Source: Burkholderiales bacterium (GTDB lineage: Bacteria > Pseudomonadota > Gammaproteobacteria > Burkholderiales > Burkholderiaceae_D). Taken from it: 64,000 nucleotides of DNA. The stretch is taken from NCBI GenBank assembly GCA_003136595.1, contig PLEY01000006.1, positions 40,169 through 104,168 of the forward strand. The letters run 5' to 3'. Positions 1-13,815 of this stretch are shown here, piece by piece. The translations under genes were made by a program, and so were the position numbers. Numbering within the stretch: position 1 is the first letter of the stretch; the number at the start of each line of letters is the position of its first letter. The notes under the pieces are model-generated. The model saw nothing but the letters and a program-made list of their open reading frames with translations, was not told the origin of the DNA and ran no database searches.

Positions 1-2
1 TC

Positions 3-569
3 ATGCGCAGCGCGCTCGCGGAGCTGCGCGAGAGGACCCCCACCGCGCAGCTGCAGCAACATTGGGTCCCGTACCGCGAGATTTCAGACAATCTCAAACG
101 CGCGGTCATCACCTCCGAGGACGCCACCTTCACCGAGCACAACGGCGTCGACTGGGAGGCCATCGAGAAAGCCTACGAGAACAACCAGAAGCACGGCAAG
201 AAGATCAAGGGCGGCTCGACCATCACCCAGCAGCTGGCCAAGAATCTCTTTCTGTCGGGCGAGCGGAGCTATCTGCGTAAGGTCCAGGAGTTGGTGATCA
301 CCTACATGATCGAGTTCTGGATGACCAAGGAGAGAATCCTGGAGCTCTACCTGAATGTCGTCGAGTGGGGCAACGGCGTGTTCGGTGCGGACGCCGCTGC
401 ACGGCATTACTACGGCATACCCGCCTCGCAGCTGTCGGCCGAGCAGTCAGCGCGGCTCGCAGTGATGCTGCCCAATCCAAGACTATTCGACCGTAACCGC
501 TCATCGGCGTACCTGGCGCGACGTGCCGACACCATACTGCGCTGGATGCCCGACGCGGACCTGCCATGA
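3..569 (+). CDS. mtgA: monofunctional peptidoglycan glycosyltransferase (MtgA), 5' end cut by window edge
   Basis: ORF is open at the window start. Translation carries the GT51 motifs EDATFTEHNGVD, GGSTITQQLAKNLFL and RKVQE. No transpeptidase domain follows. ATGA overlap with the next gene. Confidence 0.85.
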   Translation: MRSALAELRERTPTAQLQQHWVPYREISDNLKRAVITSEDATFTEHNGVDWEAIEKAYENNQKHGKKIKGGSTITQQLAKNLFLSGERSYLRKVQELVITYMIEFWMTKERILELYLNVVEWGNGVFGADAAARHYYGIPASQLSAEQSARLAVMLPNPRLFDRNRSSAYLARRADTILRWMPDADLP

Positions 570-1477
570 GCAGCAGGCAGCGTTGGCAGGCCTACGGGCT
601 CCTCTTCGCCGGGATGACGGTCGTGGGGAGCTACGTGGCTTTCTCGAAGGTCATCCTCGCCTCGGTACCGGTTCTGCTCCTGGGCTCGATCCGCTTTGGA
701 ATCGCGGCGCTCGTGATGTTGCCCTGGACCTTTCCAAGCGGGGGATGGCGCGTTGCCCGGACACAGCTGGGCACGCTTTTTCTACTTTCGTTTTTCGGCA
801 ATTTCATGTTCTCGATCTGCATGCTATCCGGCGTCGCCCGGACCTCGGCCTCGGCTGCCGGGCTCATCATGAGCACGCTGCCCGCTGTGGTTGCGCTGTT
901 TTCCGTCGTGCTCCTGCGCGAGCGGCTCTCGCTGCCGGTGGCGATTGCCATCGGGCTGGCCGTGGTGGGGGTCGGATTTCTCACCTTGCATCGGGGCGCG
1001 GGTGACGCTCGTCCGGGCGCGATTCTTGGCAACCTCTTCATGGTCGGCGCCGTTTGCTGCGAGGCGCTCTATGTGGTGCTGGGCAAGCGGCTGACCGCGG
1101 CCAATGTCGGGCCGATGCAGATCTCGGCGTGGATCAATCTCGTCGGCTTCGCGCTGATGCTGCCGCTCGGACTGTGGCAGGCACCGGATTTCGACTTTGC
1201 CGGGGTCACGTCTGCCGTCTGGATTCTGATTGTGATCTATGCCGTGGCGGCGAGCGTCCTGTCCACCTGGCTTTGGCTGTCGGGTTTGAAGACTGTGCCC
1301 GCGAATCGCGCCGGCGTCTTCACGATCGCACTGCCCATTTCCTCAGCGCTGATCGGTGTCCTGTTTCTGGGCGAGAGGCTCGGGGCCGCCCACCTCGTGG
1401 CCTTCGTCTGCGCTGCAACGGGATTGGTCCTCGTCACACAGGGCGGTGCGCGGCCCGTGGGCCGATTGCACGATTGA
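566..1477 (+). CDS. EamA/DMT-family permease
   Basis: 303 aa, about ten hydrophobic helices in two halves, which is the typical drug/metabolite transporter layout. Start codon overlaps the mtgA stop. Confidence 0.75.
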   Translation: MSSRQRWQAYGLLFAGMTVVGSYVAFSKVILASVPVLLLGSIRFGIAALVMLPWTFPSGGWRVARTQLGTLFLLSFFGNFMFSICMLSGVARTSASAAGLIMSTLPAVVALFSVVLLRERLSLPVAIAIGLAVVGVGFLTLHRGAGDARPGAILGNLFMVGAVCCEALYVVLGKRLTAANVGPMQISAWINLVGFALMLPLGLWQAPDFDFAGVTSAVWILIVIYAVAASVLSTWLWLSGLKTVPANRAGVFTIALPISSALIGVLFLGERLGAAHLVAFVCAATGLVLVTQGGARPVGRLHD

Positions 1478-1511
1478 CGAGTACGATTAAAGCGTACGAA
1501 CGTAGGGTACG

Positions 1512-1558
1512 ATCGAAGCACGCAATCGAAGCACGCAATCGCGCAAACCCTGCGCGAT
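1512..1558. repeat. 13-nt tandem repeat (ATCGAAGCACGCA x2 plus a partial third copy) merging into an 8-bp-stem hairpin (ATCGCGCA-aaccc-TGCGCGAT)
   Basis: Read directly in the 86-nt gap between the convergent EamA and CDF genes. No U-tract, so it is only a possible bidirectional terminator. Confidence 0.5.
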
Positions 1559-1563
1559 CGTCC

Positions 1564-2556
1564 CTAGACGGCCTGCTCGCAGGCCAGCGTGCAGATGCGA
1601 CCGTGGGCTCCCGTTTCCACCTGCAGCGTCACATGGCCGACGTGAAAGAGCTGGTCGAGATCCTCTCCAATCTTGTCGAGGAACCCGTCACCCGGGTGCC
1701 CCTCGGGCATGACCAGATGAACCGTCATCGCAGTCTCGGTGGTGCTCATGGCCCAGATGTGCAGGTCGTGCGCGTCGCGCACCCCCGCCTGGGACACGAG
1801 GAAGGCACGTACGGCATTCGGATCGATGTTCGCGGGCACCGCCTGCACGGCAAGTCTCAGGGATTGCTTTAGCAGATCCCAGGTGCCGGCCATGATCACG
1901 AGCGCCACGATCATCCCGACCACCGGATCGAGCCAGAGCCAGCCCGTGTAACGCATCGCAATCGCGGCGAGGATGACCCCGAGGGAGACTGCTGCATCGC
2001 CCGCCATATGGAGGAAGGCGCCGCGCACGTTCAGGTCGTCATGCCGCGCGGAGAGGAACATCAGTGCGGTCGCCGTGTTGATCACGACGCCCAGAGCAGC
2101 CACGCGGATCACAGTGCCATCGGCAACGGGGGTAAGAGTCTGAAGTCGAACGACCGAGGCCCAAATGATTCCGCCCGTTACGACGAGAAGTGTCATCGCG
2201 TTGCCGAGCGCCGCAAGTATTGTTGTTCCGCGCAGTCCGTAGGTGAACTGCGGTGATGGACTGCGCTGCGCGAGCAGCATCGCCCCACCGGCCAGAACCA
2301 GGCTGATCACATCGCCGAAATTGTGACCTGCATCGGCCAGGAGCGACAGGGAATGGGCCGTGAGGCCAAACATCACCTCAAGGACCACGAAGGCCAGATT
2401 GATGGCAATGCCGATGACAAACGCTCGCCGCACGCGCGGGGTACCGCCTGTCGGCAGGTGGGCGTGTCCATGGCTGTGGGCGTGATGCCCGGCGTGGCCA
2501 TGATGATGCCGCGCCTCGCGTTCGTGTGTGTCGGAGTGGGGAGGAGCAGTCGTCAT
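1564..2556 (-). CDS. cation diffusion facilitator (CzcD/ZitB-like) metal efflux protein
   Basis: 330 aa with a His-rich N-terminus (HHHGHAGHHAHSHGHAH). Six TM helices carry HNFGD and HMAGD metal-site motifs. C-terminal cytoplasmic domain (HDLHIWAMS). Confidence 0.88.
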   Translation of the reverse strand: MTTAPPHSDTHEREARHHHGHAGHHAHSHGHAHLPTGGTPRVRRAFVIGIAINLAFVVLEVMFGLTAHSLSLLADAGHNFGDVISLVLAGGAMLLAQRSPSPQFTYGLRGTTILAALGNAMTLLVVTGGIIWASVVRLQTLTPVADGTVIRVAALGVVINTATALMFLSARHDDLNVRGAFLHMAGDAAVSLGVILAAIAMRYTGWLWLDPVVGMIVALVIMAGTWDLLKQSLRLAVQAVPANIDPNAVRAFLVSQAGVRDAHDLHIWAMSTTETAMTVHLVMPEGHPGDGFLDKIGEDLDQLFHVGHVTLQVETGAHGRICTLACEQAV

Positions 2557-2783
2557 GATCCACTCAGTTTACTCCGGTCATGGCCCCGGCGCGCCAGTCA
2601 AGGCGCTGCGGCGCGTCCTTGAATCGGGGTTCGAACCGTCCGGCGGCTTTGGCTCCACTCAAGACGTGAATCAGAGAACGCGATCGCGCGAAATCTGCTG
2701 ATCTGAGCGGTGGCCCGTCGGGGTTCCTGAAGACGGAGTTTCACGAGGATCATAAGGCGTGATGATTCCCTTCATACCCCGAG

Positions 2784-5555
<2,772 letters not shown>

Positions 5556-6109
5556 AACAGAGTCCTCAACGCCACGACAGGCCACGATCTTGCATGTCAA
5601 ATATGCTGTTTTTGTGTCACATTGCTGAAATGCAAAGATTCCTGGCCGTGCGGACGGCGGCCTCTTTCACCGGGGTGGAGGGGGCGGCGCTCGCTGTGAT
5701 CAGGCCCTCAGCGAGACGCGACGAAGGAGGGAACCAGCGACGCGATCAGGCGAAGGGGCTGTCGGTTGGGAACCGACTTCGGCAACTGGGTCCTGCGTCC
5801 AAGGGACGCTCCTTGAGAATTGCGACTGGGCGAGTGTATCTTGCTGATTCGGTGGAGTAAAGCGCCGTGGCCAGCGTCGTTGCCAGGATGGCCGCGAGAA
5901 GGGTTGCCCGAGGCGTGCGCAGGACCGGAGGGGCCCCTGCCGTCGGACTTGGGGGAGGCCCGGCTTCTCCCGGGAAGGCTGAAATATCTGTACGCTATGC
6001 TTGACCCTGTGAAGACTGCGATCCGCTCGACCCACTACCCCTGCTCGGCGGCCGCCGGGCAGCCCGTCCCCCTGACCTCTCAATCCAAGCGAAGTCCATC
6101 CAGTAACCC

Positions 6110-7552
6110 ATGAACATTCAACCGGTCATCCTCTGCGGCGGCTCGGGTACGCGACTTTGGCCCCTGTCACGAGAACAGTCGCCTAAGCAACTTCTAGCGC
6201 TTGGGGGTGAACGGTCGATGCTGCAGGCCACCGCGCTTCGGCTTAACGGTCCGGGGCTCGCCAGGGGTCTCCTCTGGCAGCCACCGATCATTGTGGCCAA
6301 TGAACAGTACCGGTTCATCACGGCCGAACAACTGCGCGAAGTGGCGGTTCGCCCGGCCGCCATTGTCCTCGAGCCGGTGGGTCGCAACACCGCGCCTGCC
6401 CTGACGGTCGCTGCGCTGGTCGCACGCACTGGCGGCGAAGATCCGGTGCTTGCGGTCATGCCCGCCGACCACATGATTCGGGACGAGGTGGTGTTCCGGC
6501 AAGTCATGTCTGAGGCGATTCGTCTGGCCGACAGGCAACATATTGTCACCTTTGGGGTGGAGCCGGACGGACCCGAGACGGGCTATGGCTACATCGAGAT
6601 CGGTGAACTGGCCGGGGAGGGGGAGTTCGCACACCGGATCACGCGGTTCGTGGAAAAGCCCGACCGTCAGACGGCGCAAAGCTATGTCGAATCCAAGAGG
6701 TACCTCTGGAATAGCGGTATTTTCGTGCTGAGAGCCTCGGTCTGGCTGACCCAGATCGGAATCCATCGTCCGGATATCCTTGCCGCGTGTCAGGCCGCCA
6801 TAGCGCAGGGGGCGCGCGACGCCGACTTTATGCGACTCCATTCCCCGAGTTTCCTGGCCTGTCCCTCGGACTCGATCGACTACGCCGTCATGGAGCATGT
6901 CGCGGGCGGGGAGGATGCTCTCGTGCTTCCCCTGTCCGCCGGCTGGTCAGATGTCGGATCCTGGAAGGCTCTACATGCGGTGGGGCTGCAGGACGCAGAG
7001 GGCAATGTCGTCACGGGAGACGTCATCGGGATAGGAAATCGCGACAGCCTGATCCGGGCAGAGGGGCGTCTGGTTGCGGCAATTGGCCTAAGTGATCTGA
7101 TTGTTGTGGAAACTCCGGACGCAGTCCTGGTCGCCCACCGTGATCGCATCCAGGACGTGAAACAGGTGGTTGCCGAGCTCAAGAAGCTCGGCCGCAGCGA
7201 GTCTGAAGCGCATCGCAAGATCTATCGACCCTGGGGTTACTATGACAGTATCGACGCGGGTGACAGGTTCCAGGTCAAGCGGATCGTCGTGCGTCCCGGC
7301 GCGAAGCTCTCCTTGCAGATGCATCACCACCGTGCCGAGCACTGGATCGTCGTCCGGGGCACGGCGCGCGTGACCCGGGGCGAAGAGCAATGTCTGCTCT
7401 CGGAGAATCAATCCACATATATTCCGATCGGAACGCAGCATCGCCTCGAAAATCCAGGCAAGGTTGATCTCGAAATGATCGAGGTGCAGTCCGGCTCCTA
7501 TCTGGGCGAAGACGATATTGTCCGCTTCGAGGACAGCTACGGCCGGACTTGA
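6110..7552 (+). CDS. manC: bifunctional mannose-1-phosphate guanylyltransferase / mannose-6-phosphate isomerase (ManC/XanB/AlgA type)
   Basis: 480 aa. N-terminal motif ILCGGSGTRLWPLSR. C-terminal cupin domain with QMHHHRAEHWIVVRG. Confidence 0.92.
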   Translation: MNIQPVILCGGSGTRLWPLSREQSPKQLLALGGERSMLQATALRLNGPGLARGLLWQPPIIVANEQYRFITAEQLREVAVRPAAIVLEPVGRNTAPALTVAALVARTGGEDPVLAVMPADHMIRDEVVFRQVMSEAIRLADRQHIVTFGVEPDGPETGYGYIEIGELAGEGEFAHRITRFVEKPDRQTAQSYVESKRYLWNSGIFVLRASVWLTQIGIHRPDILAACQAAIAQGARDADFMRLHSPSFLACPSDSIDYAVMEHVAGGEDALVLPLSAGWSDVGSWKALHAVGLQDAEGNVVTGDVIGIGNRDSLIRAEGRLVAAIGLSDLIVVETPDAVLVAHRDRIQDVKQVVAELKKLGRSESEAHRKIYRPWGYYDSIDAGDRFQVKRIVVRPGAKLSLQMHHHRAEHWIVVRGTARVTRGEEQCLLSENQSTYIPIGTQHRLENPGKVDLEMIEVQSGSYLGEDDIVRFEDSYGRT

Positions 7553-7593
7553 CGGCGCGCGAGTCACGAGCCTCACCAATGGACGGGCTTGGG

Positions 7594-8586
7594 CTACCTT
7601 CCCAGCGCTCCCGCCGGTGACTGGTTGCGCGACCCGTCTCCCACCCGTGTCAGGAAGTCGGCATATGCATCCTTCAATCCTGTAGCAAGGTCGATCGAAG
7701 AGCGCCATCCCAGCTCGCTTAGTCGCGAGACGTCGAGAAGCTTGCGTTGCGGACCATCGGGCATTGTCGGATCGAACCGTACTCTTCCGGCAAACCCGAC
7801 AGTCCGGGCAACGGCACTTGCGAGTTCGGCAATCGAGATATCCGATCCAGTACCGATGTTGATGAATTCTCCAACTTGCCCGGCTTTGAAGTTCTCCATC
7901 AGAAATATGCATGCTGACGCGAGGTCGTCAGCATGCATGAACTCGCGACGCGGCGTACCGCTTCCCCACACGTCGAAGTACGGTGCAGCCATCACCTTCG
8001 CCTCATGGGCCTTTCGCAGGAGCGCCGGCAATACGTGCGAATTCTGAAGGTCATAGTTATCACCACGCCCATACAGGTTGGTCGGCATGACACACATAAA
8101 GTCAGTTCCATATTGCCGGTTATACGCGGCACACATCTTGATACCTGCGATTTTCGCGATCGCGTAGGCCTCGTTGGTGGGCTCAAAGGCGCCTTCGAGT
8201 AGGTACTCCTCACGCATCGGCTGCGGCGCGTGCTTCGGATAGATGCAACTCGATCCGAGGAAGAGCAATTTCCGGACTCCGTGGCGATACGCTGCATCGA
8301 TCACGTTCGACTGAATCGACAGGTTCTGATGGATGAATTCTGCAGGATAGGTATTGTTCGCCAGGATTCCCCCGACGCGCGCTGCGGCCAGGAACACGAC
8401 CTCAGGCCGCTGCACCGAGAAGAAGTCCGCGACTCGACGCGCATCGGTAAGATCGAGCTCATCACGCGATGCGGTGACAATATTGCGATAACCGCGCTGT
8501 TCCAGTTCGCGCAGTATCGCCGAGCCCGCCAGGCCGCGATGCCCGGCAACAAAGATCCGGCCCGGCAGGACTTGCGGGCTAGTCAT
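7594..8586 (-). CDS. fcl: GDP-L-fucose synthase (GDP-4-keto-6-deoxymannose epimerase/reductase)
   Basis: 330 aa short-chain dehydrogenase fold. Motifs [18 protein letters not shown] and YAIAKIAG (YxxxK). Overlaps the gmd stop by 8 nt. Confidence 0.9.
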   Translation of the reverse strand: MTSPQVLPGRIFVAGHRGLAGSAILRELEQRGYRNIVTASRDELDLTDARRVADFFSVQRPEVVFLAAARVGGILANNTYPAEFIHQNLSIQSNVIDAAYRHGVRKLLFLGSSCIYPKHAPQPMREEYLLEGAFEPTNEAYAIAKIAGIKMCAAYNRQYGTDFMCVMPTNLYGRGDNYDLQNSHVLPALLRKAHEAKVMAAPYFDVWGSGTPRREFMHADDLASACIFLMENFKAGQVGEFINIGTGSDISIAELASAVARTVGFAGRVRFDPTMPDGPQRKLLDVSRLSELGWRSSIDLATGLKDAYADFLTRVGDGSRNQSPAGALGR

Positions 8587-9697
8587 GATTGTTCGGCGCG
8601 CGATAGCCGTGAGCGACGATTAGCGAATCCCGCTTGGCCTGGGCCAAATCCTCTCTCGCCATTTCGCGCACCAGTTCCTCAAAGCTCGTTTGCGGTATCC
8701 ATCCGAGTTTAGCCTTGGCCTTCGTCGCGTCTCCCAGCAAGGTTTCGACTTCAGTGGGTCTGAAGTAGTGGGGATCGACCGCAACGATCCTCTGCCCTTT
8801 CCAGGTCGCATGGCAGTCTCGACCCTCACCATGCCAGCTGAGTTCCATGTCAAGTTCAAGAGCAGTGGCGTTGACGAAGTCAAGCACGGAATGCTGTTGT
8901 CCGGTTGCGATAACAAAATCCTCGGGGACCTCTTGTTGGAGAATCAACCACTGTGCTTCGACGTAGTCGCGAGCGTGCCCCCAGTCCCGCAATGCCTGCA
9001 GATTACCGAGATAGAGACATTCCTGCAGCCCTAGCTTGATACGCGCCATCGCGCGGGTGATCTTGCGGGTGACGAATGTTTCCCCACGAACCGGGGACTC
9101 GTGGTTAAAGAGGATGCCGTTGCACGCATACATCCCATAGGCTTCCCGGTAGTTCACGACCATCCAGAATGCGTAGAGCTTCGCGGCGGCGTAAGGTGAT
9201 CTCGGGTAAAAGGGTGTCGTTTCCGTTTGCGGCGTCTCCCGAACGAGTCCATAAAGCTCGGAGGTCGAAGCCTGGTAGAAGCGGGTCTTCTTCTCAAGAT
9301 TCAGGATGCGGATCGCTTCAAGCAGTCGCAGCGCACCAAGGCCGTCGGCATTGGCAGTGTACTCGGGCTCCTCGAAGGAGACAGCTACGTGACTTTGGGC
9401 GGCCAGATTGTAAATTTCGTCGGGTTGGACCTGTTGAATGATCCGGATCAGACTGGTCGAATCCGTCAGGTCGCCGTAGTGCAGAATGAGGGAACGGTTC
9501 AACTCATGTGGATCCTGGTAGAGATGATCGATCCGCGCTGTGTTGAACAAGGAGGTGGGCCGCTTGATGCCGTGTACAACATACCCCTTACGCAACAGAA
9601 AATCGGCCAGATACGAACCATCCTGTCCTGTGATTCCCGTTACCAGAGCGACCCTTTTGGATCCTGAGTTTTCTTGCTTAGTACTTACGCGATTCAT
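8579..9697 (-). CDS. gmd: GDP-mannose 4,6-dehydratase (long, E. coli-like type)
   Basis: Motifs [41 protein letters not shown] and FNHESPVRG. Start set at the ATG at 9697 (MNRVST...), 13 nt downstream of the upstream gene's stop. Confidence 0.92.
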   Translation of the reverse strand: MNRVSTKQENSGSKRVALVTGITGQDGSYLADFLLRKGYVVHGIKRPTSLFNTARIDHLYQDPHELNRSLILHYGDLTDSTSLIRIIQQVQPDEIYNLAAQSHVAVSFEEPEYTANADGLGALRLLEAIRILNLEKKTRFYQASTSELYGLVRETPQTETTPFYPRSPYAAAKLYAFWMVVNYREAYGMYACNGILFNHESPVRGETFVTRKITRAMARIKLGLQECLYLGNLQALRDWGHARDYVEAQWLILQQEVPEDFVIATGQQHSVLDFVNATALELDMELSWHGEGRDCHATWKGQRIVAVDPHYFRPTEVETLLGDATKAKAKLGWIPQTSFEELVREMAREDLAQAKRDSLIVAHGYRAPNNHD

Positions 9698-9710
9698 GAG
9701 AGTGCCCGAA

Positions 9711-11351
9711 TTAGAGGAAAACCTTTCCAACGATGATGCCAAGCGAGCCGACTGCCGAGGTACTCAGGATCCTATTCCACTTCTTCCCGCCGCGCAAAAT
9801 GATCAGTTCGCAGGCGTAGAACACCACCGTCGTCCCGATCGCCACCGTCCAGAAGCTGCCGGCTCCAATGATTTCGTTGGAGAAGACCGCGGCCGTTACG
9901 AGTGCTGCCACCACGAGGAAGTCCATATTCGAAGGCGAGAAATCATCCTGGCTGCGGAACAAGGCCGCCAGCGCGACGGCCAGCGCGAGTGCTGCGAAGT
10001 AGCCGACGTTCGCTATGACACCCAAGAGATTGAGCGCGGGCGGCGCGCAGTAGATACAGTACGCGATCATGCCTACCGAACTAAAAAGGACGAGTCGGTA
10101 GATGGCCGGCGAACGCTGCACGCCAAATGCGAGCAAGAGGGCGAGTAGTGCGATTAGGGTCACGGTATAGGTGCCGACCGGCGCGCCGACATATTCCTTC
10201 GACACTTCGGCGCTGGTTAACAGGAGGTAGACCGGAACCGAGATCTGGATGAAAAGCAAAATGCCTCGGGAGAAAGTGGATCGCTCTGACAACGCCGTCA
10301 TCAGGCGCGACGGAAGGGATGGTTGCGTGCGCATCAAGCGCCAGCCCAGTTTCTCGGCCAGCACGAGCCCTAGGAACAAGCTGCCACAGGTGGAAAAGTA
10401 GACGGCCAGGATGAGAACGTCCGATTCGTAGGCGATGAAGACCGCGACGAATGTGAGGAGCGCCTGCACCGAATAAATGATCAGGACCGCCTGGTGATGA
10501 TCGAAATTCAGATCCAGAAGGCGATGGTGGGTATGGTTGCGCGTGGCTTTGAACCAATTCATCTTCCCCTTGATGCGCAGATACAGCACCACAAGGATGT
10601 CGAGCACCGGGAGCCCGACCAGCAACAGCGCCAGCGATTTCGAGAGAGTGTGATTGACCTGCTGGGTCAGGGCAATCGCGAATACAGCGACTGCAAATCC
10701 GAGGAACTGGCTTCCCAGATCGCCCATGAAGACCTTGGCGGGGTAGGTGTTATAGCGCATGAAGCCCAGCAGTCCGCCACCCACCGCTGCCGTGAAGATG
10801 AGGAAGTCCGCATTGCGCGACAGATAGGCGAGGCATGACATGGCCCCGAGGCTCAGGGCCGTCTCGCCTCCTGCCAGGCCATCCAGTCCGTCGGAGTGGT
10901 TGATCGCATTGATGACACCGACGATCGCAACAACCGTGAAAGGCTGGCCAAGCCACGCCGGCAGCGGAGTGGCGAGGAAAGGCACGTCTGAGATCCAGAC
11001 ACCGCCATACCAGACCACCAAAGCTGCGGCGAACAGCTGGCCCGCAAACTTCGGGTAGTGACCGAGTTCACGCACATCGTCCCAGGCGCCAAAAAAGGCC
11101 AGGATCACCGATCCCACAAGAAATGCGCACAAGAACGGGGTGCGCGGAGCGAGAAGGACAAGCACCAGCAGAGCCCCGGCGGCGATCCCGACGCCACCGA
11201 CACGGGCGATCGGCGCACGATGTATCTTGCGCGGATCGGGCTCGTCGATCATGCCAATACGCGGCGCGATACGGATTGCCAGCGGGATCACCCAGACGCT
11301 GATCGTCAGGGCGATCAGGAACACAACGACAGGGCTGAGCACGATATCCAC
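9711..11351 (-). CDS. WecA/MraY-family polyprenyl-phosphate HexNAc-1-phosphate transferase with about 200 aa of extra C-terminal membrane domain
   Basis: 546 aa. Motifs [20 protein letters not shown] and [15 protein letters not shown] in the first roughly 340 aa. These are followed by about five or six further hydrophobic helices not present in canonical WecA. Confidence 0.8.
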   Translation of the reverse strand: MDIVLSPVVVFLIALTISVWVIPLAIRIAPRIGMIDEPDPRKIHRAPIARVGGVGIAAGALLVLVLLAPRTPFLCAFLVGSVILAFFGAWDDVRELGHYPKFAGQLFAAALVVWYGGVWISDVPFLATPLPAWLGQPFTVVAIVGVINAINHSDGLDGLAGGETALSLGAMSCLAYLSRNADFLIFTAAVGGGLLGFMRYNTYPAKVFMGDLGSQFLGFAVAVFAIALTQQVNHTLSKSLALLLVGLPVLDILVVLYLRIKGKMNWFKATRNHTHHRLLDLNFDHHQAVLIIYSVQALLTFVAVFIAYESDVLILAVYFSTCGSLFLGLVLAEKLGWRLMRTQPSLPSRLMTALSERSTFSRGILLFIQISVPVYLLLTSAEVSKEYVGAPVGTYTVTLIALLALLLAFGVQRSPAIYRLVLFSSVGMIAYCIYCAPPALNLLGVIANVGYFAALALAVALAALFRSQDDFSPSNMDFLVVAALVTAAVFSNEIIGAGSFWTVAIGTTVVFYACELIILRGGKKWNRILSTSAVGSLGIIVGKVFL

Positions 11352-11854
11352 AATTCACGTAGAAGAAGCAGGCAAAGAGGGACGGTTACGCCCCTGTCAA
11401 ACGTCGCGCTCGCAAGCAACCTCGGCCTCGTGCAAGAACTTCCGTCGATCCGGCCGGCTCACTTGCGCGCCAACCTCGCAATACCCTTCGCCGACCGGGC
11501 TACTCACCAACGACTTGGTAGCCACACCGTCTCGCTTGCTCGACTCGTCGCTTTCGAGAGCAGCACAGCCTGCCACGAAAGCATGGGGCAACTGATCCCC
11601 CAGATTACTTTTCGGCGACTGTCGAACCGGACACGCGTCGAGAACACCGAATGACATATCGATTCACGGCTATCCATCAGTCTAGGTACTGAATATGACA
11701 TCCGCATGGCGGTGCACTCGTCTGCGGGATAAATCCGATCATCGATATCCTCCCCGAGCCTGCCCGTCCCAAGTAGAAACTCTTGGGGAATCGCCCTCGC
11801 CCGCTAACAGGATCGAGCGGTGATCAAAAGGCGTCACAGCGACGGCGATCTGTC

Positions 11855-12538
11855 CTACGGCGCTGCGAAGCGCAGGCGTTCGTAGGTGTCGAGCACCCGC
11901 GGGACGTAGGCCTGAGTTTCGGCAAAGGGGGGTATTTCGTTATGGTAGCGAATGACTGCGTTGCTGCCCGCGTTGTAGGCGGCTAGTGCGAGCGGCAGGT
12001 TTCCACGGAATTGATCCAGCAGCCGTCTTAAGTGTTGGGTACCGGCGAAGATACTTTCACGCGAGTCAAACGGATTCTTGACACCATAGTTCTGGCTGGT
12101 CTCAGGAGTCAACTGCATCAGACCAAGTGCTCCCTTGGGAGAGACGGCCTGCGGGTTGTAGCCCGACTCGGTGGCCATGACCGCGTAGACGAGCGCAGGC
12201 TCCAGACGTTGGGCTCGCGATGCCTCCTCCACCCAGTGTCGAAGTTCAGAGGAAACCGGCACACGCCGGTGCGCGCCTGCCGTAAGCACTCCGGGCGCTG
12301 TGCCCTCGGATTCATGCAGATCGACAAGCAGCGTGTAGCGGACCGCGGCAGGCGGGTTCTCGGGAACGTTGGTCAGCATGGTCGTGCCCGCGGCATCCGT
12401 ATATCCGAATATGCGCTGTTCACGCTGGGGCGGGGATTCCCGGGCGTACGCGCTCTCCGCCACAATTAATCCCAGCAGGAAGGTCGCGCGGGCTGCTCGC
12501 CGCCACCTCGAGTTCAGCTTTTGGACGGGGGGAAGCAT
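11855..12538 (-). CDS. soluble lytic transglycosylase (SLT domain), exported
   Basis: Catalytic motif ATESGYNPQAVSPKGALGLMQL plus AYNAG. Signal peptide follows the ATG at 12538 (MLPPVQK...LIVAESAYA). Last gene of the export operon. Confidence 0.85.
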   Translation of the reverse strand: MLPPVQKLNSRWRRAARATFLLGLIVAESAYARESPPQREQRIFGYTDAAGTTMLTNVPENPPAAVRYTLLVDLHESEGTAPGVLTAGAHRRVPVSSELRHWVEEASRAQRLEPALVYAVMATESGYNPQAVSPKGALGLMQLTPETSQNYGVKNPFDSRESIFAGTQHLRRLLDQFRGNLPLALAAYNAGSNAVIRYHNEIPPFAETQAYVPRVLDTYERLRFAAP

Positions 12539-12546
12539 GACCCTGA

Positions 12547-13815
12547 TCAGGACGGAGGGGCCGCGACGACACGATAGACGGCGTTTGAGAGCGCGTCGGG
12601 GATGCGCAGATCGCGAACATCGAAGTCGGCAAAGCTCCACGCACCGATGGTTCGAAAGCTGATATGGCTCGCGTCGCTTTCCTGCAAGAGGTAGTTGCCC
12701 GGGGGGAGTTCGCGGGTCTCAATGCTCAACGTGTTGTCCTTTGTCCAGGTTAAGCGCGCACCCGAAAAAGGACGCGCGAGCGGCTCTCCGATGAAGACGC
12801 CCTGGCCGGGCATGGAAACCGACTTCCAGTACGCCTCGATCAATGTCTCGCCACTCAGATAGTGACCCATCACGACCCCTACATCCGGGAATTTGGCGGG
12901 AAAGGAACATGGTTCAACCACCGTGCCATAACTTGCAGTGGCCCCCGCATCGAGCCACGCCAGACTGCTCATCTGTCTGCCCCCCGTCAGGACCCCGCCG
13001 AAAGAGGTCAAGTGATCGGCAATCGCCCCATCTTCGAAGTGAAGCGATGCGAGACCGGGTACCTGGCTTGCTCCAACGAAGTAGAACATCACATCCGAGC
13101 GCCCCTCGAGGGGCTCATTGGCGAGCACGATCGGATAGCTCCTCGCCAGTAGGGCCTGGAGTGACGCGTAGCTCGCAGCGCGGACATTGCGGGCTCTATC
13201 CCCGGTCTGCACCAAATAGGCCGTGCCCCCAGGCCATCGTCCATCGGAGCGGACCCCACGGTCGATCATTGCCCGAACCTGGCTGACGCTGCTGCCGGCC
13301 AACATCATGGTCGGACGCACGTGATAGGTCGCATACGGTGTGGCCGATGCAGTGTTGTAATAGATCGACCTCTTGGTCGGGACGCAACCTGTAGCGCAAT
13401 AGGCCGGGTCGAACCCCAGTGCAAAAGCGCTCGAGATCGACATGCAGCCGACCCGAAATGGATGGGTCCAGGCCAGGGCAAACGCTTGAATCTGAGGTGC
13501 TACCTGCGCCTCCACCTCAGCATGGATCCGTCCAAAGGTGTCGACGTCGAGACTATCGAGCCCGGAAGGAAACGACACGTGCACGACCTGCGATGGAGGC
13601 AGACCGCGCTCTTTGGCATAGTAAGCACCCACCTCAATGCTACTGGCGTCGGCATCATTGACAATCACGGCAAGCTGTTCAGGACCGAGGTGGGACTCGG
13701 GCAGCTCAACTCTCGGGAATGGTCGCGGAGCAGCGTACACGGTGTGGCCGACGAGAAGCAGTACGGCGAGCGCCCACGGACCACGGGCCACGCCGAACCG
13801 CCAGGGGCCCTTCAT
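12547..13815 (-). CDS. exported protein of unknown function (422 aa)
   Basis: Signal peptide MKGPWRFGVARGPWALAVLLLVGHTVYA. ATGA start/stop overlap with the upstream kinase-like gene. No motif I can name with confidence. Confidence 0.7.
   Translation of the reverse strand: MKGPWRFGVARGPWALAVLLLVGHTVYAAPRPFPRVELPESHLGPEQLAVIVNDADASSIEVGAYYAKERGLPPSQVVHVSFPSGLDSLDVDTFGRIHAEVEAQVAPQIQAFALAWTHPFRVGCMSISSAFALGFDPAYCATGCVPTKRSIYYNTASATPYATYHVRPTMMLAGSSVSQVRAMIDRGVRSDGRWPGGTAYLVQTGDRARNVRAASYASLQALLARSYPIVLANEPLEGRSDVMFYFVGASQVPGLASLHFEDGAIADHLTSFGGVLTGGRQMSSLAWLDAGATASYGTVVEPCSFPAKFPDVGVVMGHYLSGETLIEAYWKSVSMPGQGVFIGEPLARPFSGARLTWTKDNTLSIETRELPPGNYLLQESDASHISFRTIGAWSFADFDVRDLRIPDALSNAVYRVVAAPPS

Noticed and set aside
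2600-2660. tRNA-like GGTTCGAACC string in the czcD-mgtA spacer
   Set aside because: The flanking bases do not form a T-arm stem (cgggg and cgtcc are not complementary). No acceptor or anticodon arms could be built, so it is not a tRNA.
11397-11657. 86-aa minus-strand ORF in the gap between the SLT gene and the WecA-like gene
   Set aside because: It has no recognisable RBS, motif or signal, and its composition is unremarkable. It could be a real small protein, but I cannot support that from sequence alone.
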